A DNA stretch of 64,000 nucleotides from a virus (taxonomy: Duplodnaviria; Caudoviricetes): the IMG/VR virus record IMGVR_UViG_3300025809_001850; one strand, 5' to 3'. Below the pieces are notes generated by a model that had not been told where the DNA came from, did not search any database, and worked only from the letters and a program-made list of their open reading frames with translations. This document shows positions 1 through 9,640 of the stretch, one piece after another. Within the stretch, counting starts at the first letter, position 1. Every line of letters starts with the position of its first letter. A program made the translations under genes and the position numbers.

Positions 1-1
1 G

Positions 2-736
2 TGTAATTTCTCATCTGATGAAGAACTTGTATTAAACTCCAAGAAAATCATTTACTATGTTCCTATTCGTAATTGGAGAATTATTCATAATGATGGGGAG
101 TATCATAATTCTCGTCATCTTGAGCAACTTCTGAAACGAGTTCTGAAAAAAGACGAAGTAGATATATACGGAATCAAAATTGGTCAAACCAAGAAACTTT
201 CCAAGTACGAAAACTTCAAGAATGTATTTGATGTAATTTCCGAGTATATCGTTTCTTCGTTTGAAAACAAAACGGGTTCTCTTTATGAAAGTGTTACCGC
301 AAGAAAGTTTGATCACTTCAAAACTGAGCATTCTTACAAAACGGTACTTAATATCATTGACAATCGTGTTTTCAAACGAGTTTGTATTCTTCTTAAAGAT
401 TCTGGTAACGATGAATTAGTAAAAGAACTTTTCAAGATTCGTAGAATTATATCTATCAATCGTGATGCTTCCAAGAATATATCTGAAGAAGATAACAAAT
501 TTGCTAATGACTTTTCAAACTTTGCAAGATACATTCGTAGTTTCAATGATACTAGTCTTACTTCATACTTTGCTTGTAAGGTATCATACGAACTCAAGAA
601 CATCTATTCTATGCTTTCCAAGGAGTATCCTATGGTAAGGTATATGGGAAATGCTTTAGAGGGTTCTGGTAACTATGCCAATGCAATGAATAATCTTGTA
701 GAATACATGGAATTGATAAATTCCAACAAGCAATAA
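2..736 (+). CDS. rIIA: C-terminal part of rIIA-like protein (5' truncated by window edge)
   Basis: Frame 2 open from base 2 to TAA at 734-736 (CNFSSDEELVLNSKKIIYYVP...LINSNKQ); absent from ORF track; identity inferred from position upstream of rIIB. Confidence 0.55.
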   Translation, partial: CNFSSDEELVLNSKKIIYYVPIRNWRIIHNDGEYHNSRHLEQLLKRVLKKDEVDIYGIKIGQTKKLSKYENFKNVFDVISEYIVSSFENKTGSLYESVTARKFDHFKTEHSYKTVLNIIDNRVFKRVCILLKDSGNDELVKELFKIRRIISINRDASKNISEEDNKFANDFSNFARYIRSFNDTSLTSYFACKVSYELKNIYSMLSKEYPMVRYMGNALEGSGNYANAMNNLVEYMELINSNKQ

Positions 737-800
737 TATCAATGGATACTAACAAGTCTAAGGAAAGTTTTTTTTGATTTCGCATGAAATTAAAAAAAAG

Positions 801-829
801 TTGACGAAAGACAATTTATTCGGTATTAT
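801..829 (+). promoter_or_regulatory. sigma70-type promoter
   Basis: TTGACG(801-806)-N17-TATTAT(824-829). Confidence 0.75.
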
Positions 830-869
830 TATAATATTAAATTTAACATCTAACAAATATATATACATT

Positions 870-1013
870 ATGAAAGCATCACAACATTGGAAACACCGAC
901 TCAAAAAGAAGTTTGGTATGGGAAAACAAGCAAGACTTGCAAAAAAGTACAAATATGTACAAATTGAGTCAACCAAGAACATTCACGAAACACAACCGTC
1001 AAACGAACGATGA
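870..1013 (+). CDS. small basic hypothetical protein (47 aa)
   Basis: ATG at 870 downstream of promoter; MKASQHWKHRLKKKFGMGKQARLAKK; ATGA overlap with next gene. Confidence 0.6.
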   Translation: MKASQHWKHRLKKKFGMGKQARLAKKYKYVQIESTKNIHETQPSNER

Positions 1014-1219
1014 GTAAAAAAGCACGACTAAACTTACCCGATAAAGATAAACACTCAAAATTATACGCTGTCTCAAAAAAATCCGGTCGAAGTTCCGGAC
1101 CTCTGAGAATGGGATTAACGGGAGTAATGGTTACTCCTAAAATGTATAAATCACAATTATCACATAAAAATAAAGCAAGAGCAAGAGCAGGACTTGCACC
1201 AATCGAAGAAACAAGCTAA
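1010..1219 (+). CDS. small basic hypothetical protein (69 aa)
   Basis: ORF coupled to previous gene; K/R-rich. Confidence 0.7.
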   Translation: MSKKARLNLPDKDKHSKLYAVSKKSGRSSGPLRMGLTGVMVTPKMYKSQLSHKNKARARAGLAPIEETS

Positions 1220-1234
1220 ATAAAGGTTATCAAA

Positions 1235-2788
1235 ATGCAAAGTATTATCACCGACTCAACTATCACGTTAATTGCCAAAGACGGTCCATCCGTTGTTGGT
1301 AAAACTCATCCCAATTTTTATAAAATCAAGAAAGCGTTGCTCACAAAAAATTTCCTCGAAGTTGAAAATTTACTTGATGTGAAGCGTGGATACAAAGAAT
1401 TCTCCGATGGACAAATTATAGTTGACGGTGATAATCTTATTTACAATGGATCAATTGTACACAATGTACTTACTCAACGCATCGTTGGTATGATTCAAAA
1501 TGGAGATGAGGCAACACCTATGTTGAACTTCCTTGTTAATCTTATGGATAATCCCTCTGAAGGTAGCATAGATCAACTTTATACCTTTTTGGAGCATGAA
1601 AACCTTCCTATCACCCAAGACGGTTGTTTTCTTGCTTACAAAGCAATTAATCGTGATTACACCGACAAGTATACTGGAACCATTTCCAACAAGGTTGGTG
1701 ATAAGGTAAAAATGCCTTATGAAGAAGTAACTGCTGATCCAACAAAACATTGTTCAAGTGGTCTTCATTGTGGAAGCATTGAGTATGTTCGTTGTTATGG
1801 AAATTTTACAAGTGATGAAAATGGTGAACATACGGGTGATCGTCTTGTTACCGTTAAAGTAAATCCAAGTGCGGTTGTTAGTGTACCTGAAGATAGTGAT
1901 CGTCAAAAAGTTCGTGTGTATCGTTATGTTGTTCACGAAGAAATTGAAAATCCTTACGATTTAGTTCCTAAGTACGAAGCACCTGTGTATTACGATGATG
2001 AAGGTGATGAATATGACGATGAAGACTATGATGATTATGAATCTTGGGATGAAGATGTTGATGGAGTAGTACCTGATAATCAATCTCAATATTCATGGAA
2101 AGGTGATCCATATTCCGATGAAGGACCTGATGATTCTAATCTTTATTCGGAACGAGGGGTAGAAGGTGAACCTGGTAATCCATGTCATGGTCTTATTGAT
2201 TTTGATGATCCTCAACGAAGTGAAAGTATCCTTGCGGGTTGTGTTCGTCAAAGCACCGACAATCCTCTTGAAAAAAATTCGTTCGATTCTACCGAATCGG
2301 ATATAGATGTCGATATGTTCAATGCCATGTATGGTAACGGTGAACCGTCCGAAAAAAATTCGTTCGACTCCGTCGAAAAGTCAATTGAATCGGATAGTTT
2401 CTCTTACGAATGGCACGGTGTCGGAAATACCGAATGGGATGTTATCCACACTATCAATAATGATAAAAGACGTGAAAATATGCACCCCAAAGCACGTAAG
2501 ATTTTTGAATACTACGAAAACAAGTATGGTATGAATGTTACCGATTGTGTAACAATTGATAGTATCATCGGTGATTTAAAAGATGCCGGTTTTGATATGG
2601 CCGGAAATCCCCTTGAAGAATCTACCGAGCAAAGAAATTTCCTCGATGAAATGTTCCAAGACGCATCTTGTTATGCAAAGAACAATACCGAAAAAAATTC
2701 TTTCGACAAAGTCGAAAATCACTCTAACGAAGAAAGTGTTGTAAAGGTAGAAACACCCAACAATATTATTCTTCCTGACAATAACTAA
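1235..2788 (+). CDS. rIIB: rIIB-like protein with long acidic C-terminal extension
   Basis: LPITQDGCFLAYK, CSSGLHCGS and VKVNPSAVVSVPED motifs typical of rIIB. Confidence 0.9.
   Translation: MQSIITDSTITLIAKDGPSVVGKTHPNFYKIKKALLTKNFLEVENLLDVKRGYKEFSDGQIIVDGDNLIYNGSIVHNVLTQRIVGMIQNGDEATPMLNFLVNLMDNPSEGSIDQLYTFLEHENLPITQDGCFLAYKAINRDYTDKYTGTISNKVGDKVKMPYEEVTADPTKHCSSGLHCGSIEYVRCYGNFTSDENGEHTGDRLVTVKVNPSAVVSVPEDSDRQKVRVYRYVVHEEIENPYDLVPKYEAPVYYDDEGDEYDDEDYDDYESWDEDVDGVVPDNQSQYSWKGDPYSDEGPDDSNLYSERGVEGEPGNPCHGLIDFDDPQRSESILAGCVRQSTDNPLEKNSFDSTESDIDVDMFNAMYGNGEPSEKNSFDSVEKSIESDSFSYEWHGVGNTEWDVIHTINNDKRRENMHPKARKIFEYYENKYGMNVTDCVTIDSIIGDLKDAGFDMAGNPLEESTEQRNFLDEMFQDASCYAKNNTEKNSFDKVENHSNEESVVKVETPNNIILPDNN
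2270..2718 (+). repeat. three copies of GAAAAAAATTC(G/T)TTCGA, each leading into a short inverted repeat
   Basis: Copies start at 2270, 2351 and 2690 and encode EKNSFD. Confidence 0.8.
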
Positions 2789-2801
2789 AATATACGTATA
2801 T

Positions 2802-3017
2802 ATGAAACTACGAAATAATGTTCGAACAAAAGACGGTGAAACGCAACAAACTGTCTTTGTCGTTACCCGTGATAGACGCCGCACCTCTGATTGGAATTTC
2901 TCCAATGAAGCAGATGCAAAACGAGAAGCACAATACTGGATAGGCATTTGCAAGATGCATGATCCCGCATCTAAGGTGTCTATTGTCAAAACCGATAAAC
3001 CTAGAAAGATACGATAA
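2802..3017 (+). CDS. hypothetical protein
   Basis: 71-aa ORF coupled (TAATG) to next gene. Confidence 0.7.
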   Translation: MKLRNNVRTKDGETQQTVFVVTRDRRRTSDWNFSNEADAKREAQYWIGICKMHDPASKVSIVKTDKPRKIR

Positions 3018-3661
3018 TGTATAATTGGGAATTTAACGGAGCAGAACCTGCTCCTAAAAAGAAAGCAGTTGCACCCAAGAAGAAAAAGGTTGTAGCAAAA
3101 AATGCCGAAGGTAGTGCTATGGATACGGTCGAAGGAGATGATAATATCATTTACTTTTATAGTAGTGTTACTACACGTGAGAACTTTAAGTTGAATAAAG
3201 AAATTTCATATTTGGATCGTCAAATGCAAATGATTTCTATGAAACTTGGTTTACAAGTTCCAATTCCGATTCATCTGCGTATCAATAGTTATGGTGGAAG
3301 TGTATTCGCTGCGTTTAGTAGCATAGACTATATGAATAGTTCTAAAACTCCTATATTCACTTATATAGATGGATGTGCGGCCAGTGCTGGTACAATTATG
3401 AGTGTATGTGGTGATCAACGATTCATTGGTGAGAATTCTTATATGCTTGTTCACCAACTTAGTTCTCAGCATTGGGGAAAGTATCAAGAACTTCAAGATG
3501 ACATGAAGAACTCAGATTCTCTTATGAAAAGAATCAAAGAAATCTACGAAGCAAAAACCAAGATTCCAAAAACTAAAATGGATGAAATTCTCAAACACGA
3601 TTTGTGGTGGGATGCCAAGACTTGTTTAAAGTATGGTCTTGTTGATGAAATTCTTACCTAA
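3017..3661 (+). CDS. ClpP-like serine protease
   Basis: INSYGGSV, GCAASAGT (catalytic Ser), MLVHQ (His) and LKYGLVDEI. Confidence 0.88.
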   Translation: MYNWEFNGAEPAPKKKAVAPKKKKVVAKNAEGSAMDTVEGDDNIIYFYSSVTTRENFKLNKEISYLDRQMQMISMKLGLQVPIPIHLRINSYGGSVFAAFSSIDYMNSSKTPIFTYIDGCAASAGTIMSVCGDQRFIGENSYMLVHQLSSQHWGKYQELQDDMKNSDSLMKRIKEIYEAKTKIPKTKMDEILKHDLWWDAKTCLKYGLVDEILT

Positions 3662-3669
3662 GATTTAGA

Positions 3670-3978
3670 ATGTCTCGCAAAAATAATCCTGATATTATTG
3701 AAATGGAAGGAGTCGTAAAAAAACTTCTTCCAGGAACAATGTTTGATGTAGAATTAAGACAAGGAGACGCAACTACAATGTTACTTTGCTCACTTGCCGG
3801 AAAACTTAAACAACATTTTATTAAGTTGACGGTTGGTGACAAGGTATTGTTGGAGATTAGCAAATACGATACATCAAAGGGTCGTATCACCTATCGTTTG
3901 AAAAACAAAACAAGTTATCACAACTCAAAAAAAGCAGCTCCGTTTCGTGGTGGTGGAGTTGGAAAAAAGAAAAAGTAA
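3670..3978 (+). CDS. infA: translation initiation factor IF-1 with basic C-terminal tail
   Basis: IEMEGVV..LPGTMFDVEL...GKLKQHFIKLTVGDKV.LEISKYDTSKGRITYR. Confidence 0.92.
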   Translation: MSRKNNPDIIEMEGVVKKLLPGTMFDVELRQGDATTMLLCSLAGKLKQHFIKLTVGDKVLLEISKYDTSKGRITYRLKNKTSYHNSKKAAPFRGGGVGKKKK

Positions 3979-3979
3979 C

Positions 3980-5041
3980 TTACTTGGTTTTTTTGTATAA
4001 CTCCAATATACTTTTTTGTTCTATATTTATTTGCTTGGGAAACATTGGTTTTACCATAACATACATATCACCCTTAGTGTGTGAATTTCTCATGTTCGGT
4101 AGACCATAACCAGATACTCTTAATATAGCATCAGGTTGTGTTCCTGGTGGAATTTTTAAATTTACTTTACCATGCAGAGATTTCACAACTTTTGTGGCTC
4201 CTAATATCATATCGTAAAAATCAACTTGTTCTTCGCAAATTAAATGATCACCGTCACGATCAAAGTATTCATCTTTTTTTACATATATTACAGCATACAA
4301 ATCTCCACATTCACCTCCCTTGATGTGATTTCCGTGCTGAGAAACTCGGAGTTTTACACCTGAGTGACACCCTTTGGGTATCTTTATTCTCGTTTCAACT
4401 GTTTCTGTGATAATTCCGTGGCCACTGCATTTCATACAACCACCATGTAGTTCACTGCCCGATCCTTGGCAAGTGGGACACATTTGTTCCATTTGCATAG
4501 GTCCCATTTTACGATATACACTACCCTGACCCCTGCAGGTTTTGCACTGTTTATATGTAGATGTACTTGTTTCTCCTGTGCCACGGCATGAATTGCATTT
4601 TCCGTTTCGTGTATACTTGATTGTTCGGTGACATTCATCTATAATTTCACTTAACTTGACTTCTATATCTATCTTTAAATCACTACCTTGAGACGGTTGT
4701 CTTTGTTTTCTGTTATCAGATGTAAAGAAACTATCAAAATTACCCCCTCCTCCACTAAAAAACGAATTAAACATATCAAATGGATCGTGATGTCGTCCAC
4801 CACCTGAACCAGATTGTTGCTTAAAGGCATCATGACCAAACTGATCGTATTGTGCTTTTTTGTTTGCATCTGATAATACATCATATGCTTCTGAAATCTT
4901 TTTAAATTGTTCCTCGGCCTTGGAATCTCCTTGATTTTTGTCGGGATGCCACTTGATTGCAAGTTTTCTATACGACTTTTTAATTTCGTCTGCTGAAGCA
5001 CTTTTCGTTACGTTTAATATATTGTAGTAATCTTGTTCCAT
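3980..5041 (-). CDS. dnaJ: class A DnaJ chaperone
   Basis: J-domain with HPD, G/F region, four CxxCxGxG repeats and C-terminal domain. Confidence 0.97.
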   Translation of the reverse strand: MEQDYYNILNVTKSASADEIKKSYRKLAIKWHPDKNQGDSKAEEQFKKISEAYDVLSDANKKAQYDQFGHDAFKQQSGSGGGRHHDPFDMFNSFFSGGGGNFDSFFTSDNRKQRQPSQGSDLKIDIEVKLSEIIDECHRTIKYTRNGKCNSCRGTGETSTSTYKQCKTCRGQGSVYRKMGPMQMEQMCPTCQGSGSELHGGCMKCSGHGIITETVETRIKIPKGCHSGVKLRVSQHGNHIKGGECGDLYAVIYVKKDEYFDRDGDHLICEEQVDFYDMILGATKVVKSLHGKVNLKIPPGTQPDAILRVSGYGLPNMRNSHTKGDMYVMVKPMFPKQINIEQKSILELYKKTK

Positions 5042-5124
5042 ATGTTTGACTTATTGATTATATATGCTATAGTATAATCATATCAGTTACAATCAAATTA
5101 TACACTATAGGTATATTTATATAT

Positions 5125-5517
5125 ATGTTCACACAACTAATTGCTAAGTTACTAAAGAAAAAAATATACAAATCTCAAATCACGATGGTCGGAGATGACT
5201 TTGTTGCTGAGTACCATAACGATTCGTTATTAGAGTCGTTAAAGTGGACATTACATGGAATACACGAAGCAAATGCGACTCAACCTGAAGACCATCCTAA
5301 GAAGGGTTCTGCTACCAACGGTATTTTCGGTCAGATTTCTGAATTTAAAGTATTGACTGTAACGAAATCTTCGATTGGAGTGTGTGGTTACTCTAAACCA
5401 AATAACGAAGATATTATGTTTATGACCGAGCAAATGGTATATATACCCGAGAAAATTCTTACAACTTTAAAAAAACAAGAAGCAACAATGTCTGATCTTG
5501 ATACTATGCTTAAATAA
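5125..5517 (+). CDS. hypothetical protein
   Basis: 130-aa ORF with TATATTTAT motif 4 nt upstream. Confidence 0.7.
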   Translation: MFTQLIAKLLKKKIYKSQITMVGDDFVAEYHNDSLLESLKWTLHGIHEANATQPEDHPKKGSATNGIFGQISEFKVLTVTKSSIGVCGYSKPNNEDIMFMTEQMVYIPEKILTTLKKQEATMSDLDTMLK

Positions 5518-6853
5518 TTCCATGTGCAATCGCGGCATTTGCTACTCGTAGAAATCCACCTACATTTGCACCAAGAGTGTAATCACCCTCTGTTCCGTAT
5601 TTTCTTGCATTACGTAAACAAGATGCATGAATTTGTTTCATTATCTCTCTGAGTTTATTATCTACTTGTGCCATACTCCACTTTTCCCATCCTGCGTTCT
5701 GACGCATCTCAAGTGCTGATACTGCTACTCCACCTGCGTTTACTGCTTTACTTGGAGCAACTACCACCAATTTGTCGTTAAAGAGTTTTATTGCGTCTTC
5801 TGTGCAAGGCATATTAGCTGCTTCTGCTATAAACTTACAATCGTTATCAATAAGCATTTCCGCATCTTTTTCTGTGATTTCGTTTTGGATGGCACTTGGA
5901 ATTGCTATATCACACCGAACTTCCCAAGGTTTTTTACCTTTAATAAAATCTACTCCGAATTTATCTGCGAAAGGTTTTACGATATCGGCATTACTTTCAC
6001 GCAAAGTTTCCATATAAGGAATCATACTTTTCTTGATTCCATTTTTCATATGTATATATCCATCTGGTCCTGATATAGTAACCACTTTAGCACCCAGTTC
6101 TACTGCTTTTTGTACAACACCAAATGATACTTGACCAAATCCACTTACAGTAATCACCTTTCCCTTGATGTCTGTATGATGATTTTTAAGCATTTCTTCT
6201 GTGAAATATATTGTTCCATAACCAGTTGCTTCTTTTCTTCCGTGAATTCCACCCCAAGCAGGTGCTTTACCTGTAATAAGACCTGGTTCATATTTGCTAT
6301 ATAGTGCCTTATACTGACCGAACAAATACCCTATCTCTTTGTACCCAACCCCAATGTCACCTGCAGGTACATCCGTCTTGTGACCAAGGTGGTCGTGGAG
6401 TTTAGTCATAAACGACTGACAAAACCTCATAATCTCTAAATCGGTTTTTCCGTTTGGATCAAAGTCACTTCCTCCTTTTGCTCCTCCAATCTGAAGACCG
6501 GTTAAACTATTTTTGAAAGTTTGTTCAAATCCAAGAAACTTCATTGTTCCCAAATTAACACTTGGATGAAACCGCAATCCACCTTTATATGGTCCCAATA
6601 CACTATTAAATTGAACACGATATCCACGATTAACATGAACATTTCCAATTTCATCAATCCAAGGTACACTGAATATAATTTGCTTTTCTGGTTCTGCCAA
6701 ACGTTCAAGTAAATTTACTTTCTTGAATTCAGAATGTTTGTCTATAACAGAATGAAGACTTGAATATACTTCGTTTACTGCTTGAATGAATGTTGGTTCA
6801 GAGTGGTTTTTTGCTTCAACCTTTTTTATTACATCATCTACATATTTGCTCAT
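5510..6853 (-). CDS. gdh: glutamate dehydrogenase copy 2 (SGFG-type, possibly NAD-preferring)
   Basis: [39 protein letters not shown]; start moved to ATG 6853 (MSKYV). Confidence 0.93.
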   Translation of the reverse strand: MSKYVDDVIKKVEAKNHSEPTFIQAVNEVYSSLHSVIDKHSEFKKVNLLERLAEPEKQIIFSVPWIDEIGNVHVNRGYRVQFNSVLGPYKGGLRFHPSVNLGTMKFLGFEQTFKNSLTGLQIGGAKGGSDFDPNGKTDLEIMRFCQSFMTKLHDHLGHKTDVPAGDIGVGYKEIGYLFGQYKALYSKYEPGLITGKAPAWGGIHGRKEATGYGTIYFTEEMLKNHHTDIKGKVITVSGFGQVSFGVVQKAVELGAKVVTISGPDGYIHMKNGIKKSMIPYMETLRESNADIVKPFADKFGVDFIKGKKPWEVRCDIAIPSAIQNEITEKDAEMLIDNDCKFIAEAANMPCTEDAIKLFNDKLVVVAPSKAVNAGGVAVSALEMRQNAGWEKWSMAQVDNKLREIMKQIHASCLRNARKYGTEGDYTLGANVGGFLRVANAAIAHGII

Positions 6854-6872
6854 AAAAATATATATGGATTTG

Positions 6873-8252
<1,380 letters not shown>

Positions 8253-8266
8253 TCACAAAATACCTC

Positions 8267-8295
8267 TTGACTTATTATATAAAATCAACTACTAT
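8267..8295 (+). promoter_or_regulatory. sigma70-type promoter
   Basis: TTGACT(8267-8272)-N17-TACTAT(8290-8295). Confidence 0.7.
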
Positions 8296-8306
8296 AATAG
8301 GTAACA

Positions 8307-8591
8307 ATGAAATATTATATTAAAGATACAACACTCGTAGATTCTCCTGTTAAATTATTTGAATCTACTCAACACACCGTAGAATACCTAAAGACGGCCG
8401 TTAGCAGAAAAACAGGCATGAGTTATGAACAATATCTGACACACCTTGCAGATTTAGGACACTTTGGATACGATGAACGTGAAGTGTACGAAAGTATGCG
8501 TGATCATTTTGATATGGGTGTAATGCGAGGAAACAAATTCGTTCGTTGTAGTATATTTGAAGCAACCCACAATGCCGAAGGCAGTGATTAA
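8307..8591 (+). CDS. hypothetical protein
   Basis: 94-aa ORF downstream of promoter. Confidence 0.75.
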   Translation: MKYYIKDTTLVDSPVKLFESTQHTVEYLKTAVSRKTGMSYEQYLTHLADLGHFGYDEREVYESMRDHFDMGVMRGNKFVRCSIFEATHNAEGSD

Positions 8592-8593
8592 TT

Positions 8594-9535
8594 ATGACAG
8601 AAACAATAACAGCTGGAGAAAAAAAACAAGTTAAAGAAAAGAAGTTCAACCGGTATGTGAGTTTTTCTCAATACTCAATGTACTATAAATGTCCACGTAG
8701 TTGGAAGCTTGCATACATAGACAACCTTCGTAAAAAAGAAAGTAACATACACTTGGTGTTTGGTACTTCTATACACGAAGTCATTCAAGATTATCTTGAA
8801 ATGATGTATAATCAACCACACCTTGATGTCGATTCTATTGACTGGAAAGCAAAGTTGTTGCAAACTATGAATACCATTGCTGATGAAGAACGTAATCTCA
8901 TTGATGGTAAACGATGCATGACCGATGACGAGTTTAACGAGTTCGTTGAAGATGGAAATCAATTACTTGATTACTTTCTCGATGACGAAGTTAGACGAAA
9001 ATACTTTTCAAAGACCCGTCACACATTGACAGGAATTGAAACTTCTATTGATTTGGAAGTAAGAAAAAATGTAGGATACATTGGATTTCTTGACGTTGTT
9101 TTGTTTGATAAGATCAATCAAAAGTATAAGATAATCGACTTGAAGACTTCAACCCGAGGTTGGAACAAATGGCAAAAAGCAGATGAAAGTAAAACACATC
9201 AGTTGTTGTTATATAAGGTTTTCTATGCAAAAGAATTTGGTGTACCACTTGATAAAATTGATGTGGAGTTTATTATTCTAAAACGCAAGCACGATCCAGA
9301 TGATCCGTGGAGTGGTGATCGGGTTCAACGATTTGTTCCTCCTCATGGAAATATGTCGTCAAAACAAGCTTGGTCAAGTTTTAATAACTTTCTAAATGAA
9401 TCATTCACCAAAAGTGGTGAATATGATATGGAAAATCCGTTTCCCAAAACACCCGGTAAAGCAAAAAAGAATTGTCGTTGGTGTGAGTTTTCAAAGAAGT
9501 CTGGTGGTCCATGTGATGGAAAAGAAGGTGCATAA
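8594..9535 (+). CDS. PD-(D/E)XK nuclease, RecB/AddB/Cas4-like
   Basis: SFSQ, GTSIHE, GFLDVV..IIDLKTS and QLLLY; Cys near N-terminus plus CRWC...C. Confidence 0.88.
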   Translation: MTETITAGEKKQVKEKKFNRYVSFSQYSMYYKCPRSWKLAYIDNLRKKESNIHLVFGTSIHEVIQDYLEMMYNQPHLDVDSIDWKAKLLQTMNTIADEERNLIDGKRCMTDDEFNEFVEDGNQLLDYFLDDEVRRKYFSKTRHTLTGIETSIDLEVRKNVGYIGFLDVVLFDKINQKYKIIDLKTSTRGWNKWQKADESKTHQLLLYKVFYAKEFGVPLDKIDVEFIILKRKHDPDDPWSGDRVQRFVPPHGNMSSKQAWSSFNNFLNESFTKSGEYDMENPFPKTPGKAKKNCRWCEFSKKSGGPCDGKEGA

Positions 9536-9562
9536 AAGTAAATTTAACTTATATTTATATAC

Positions 9563-9606
9563 AGATAATGCTCAATTGAGATTATCTAGAATGCTCAATC
9601 GAGATT
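9563..9606 (+). repeat. two 17-bp direct repeats, each palindromic, in dnaK leader
   Basis: AATGCTCAATTGAGATT (9567-9583) and AATGCTCAATCGAGATT (9590-9606). Confidence 0.8.
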
Positions 9607-9640
9607 CAAACTAACTAACAAAATAAAAAAGGAATAGAAA

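Noticed and set aside
9563-9606. CIRCE or HAIR operator
   Set aside because: Matches neither TTAGCACTC-N9-GAGTGCTAA nor CTTGAGT-N7-ACTCAAG.
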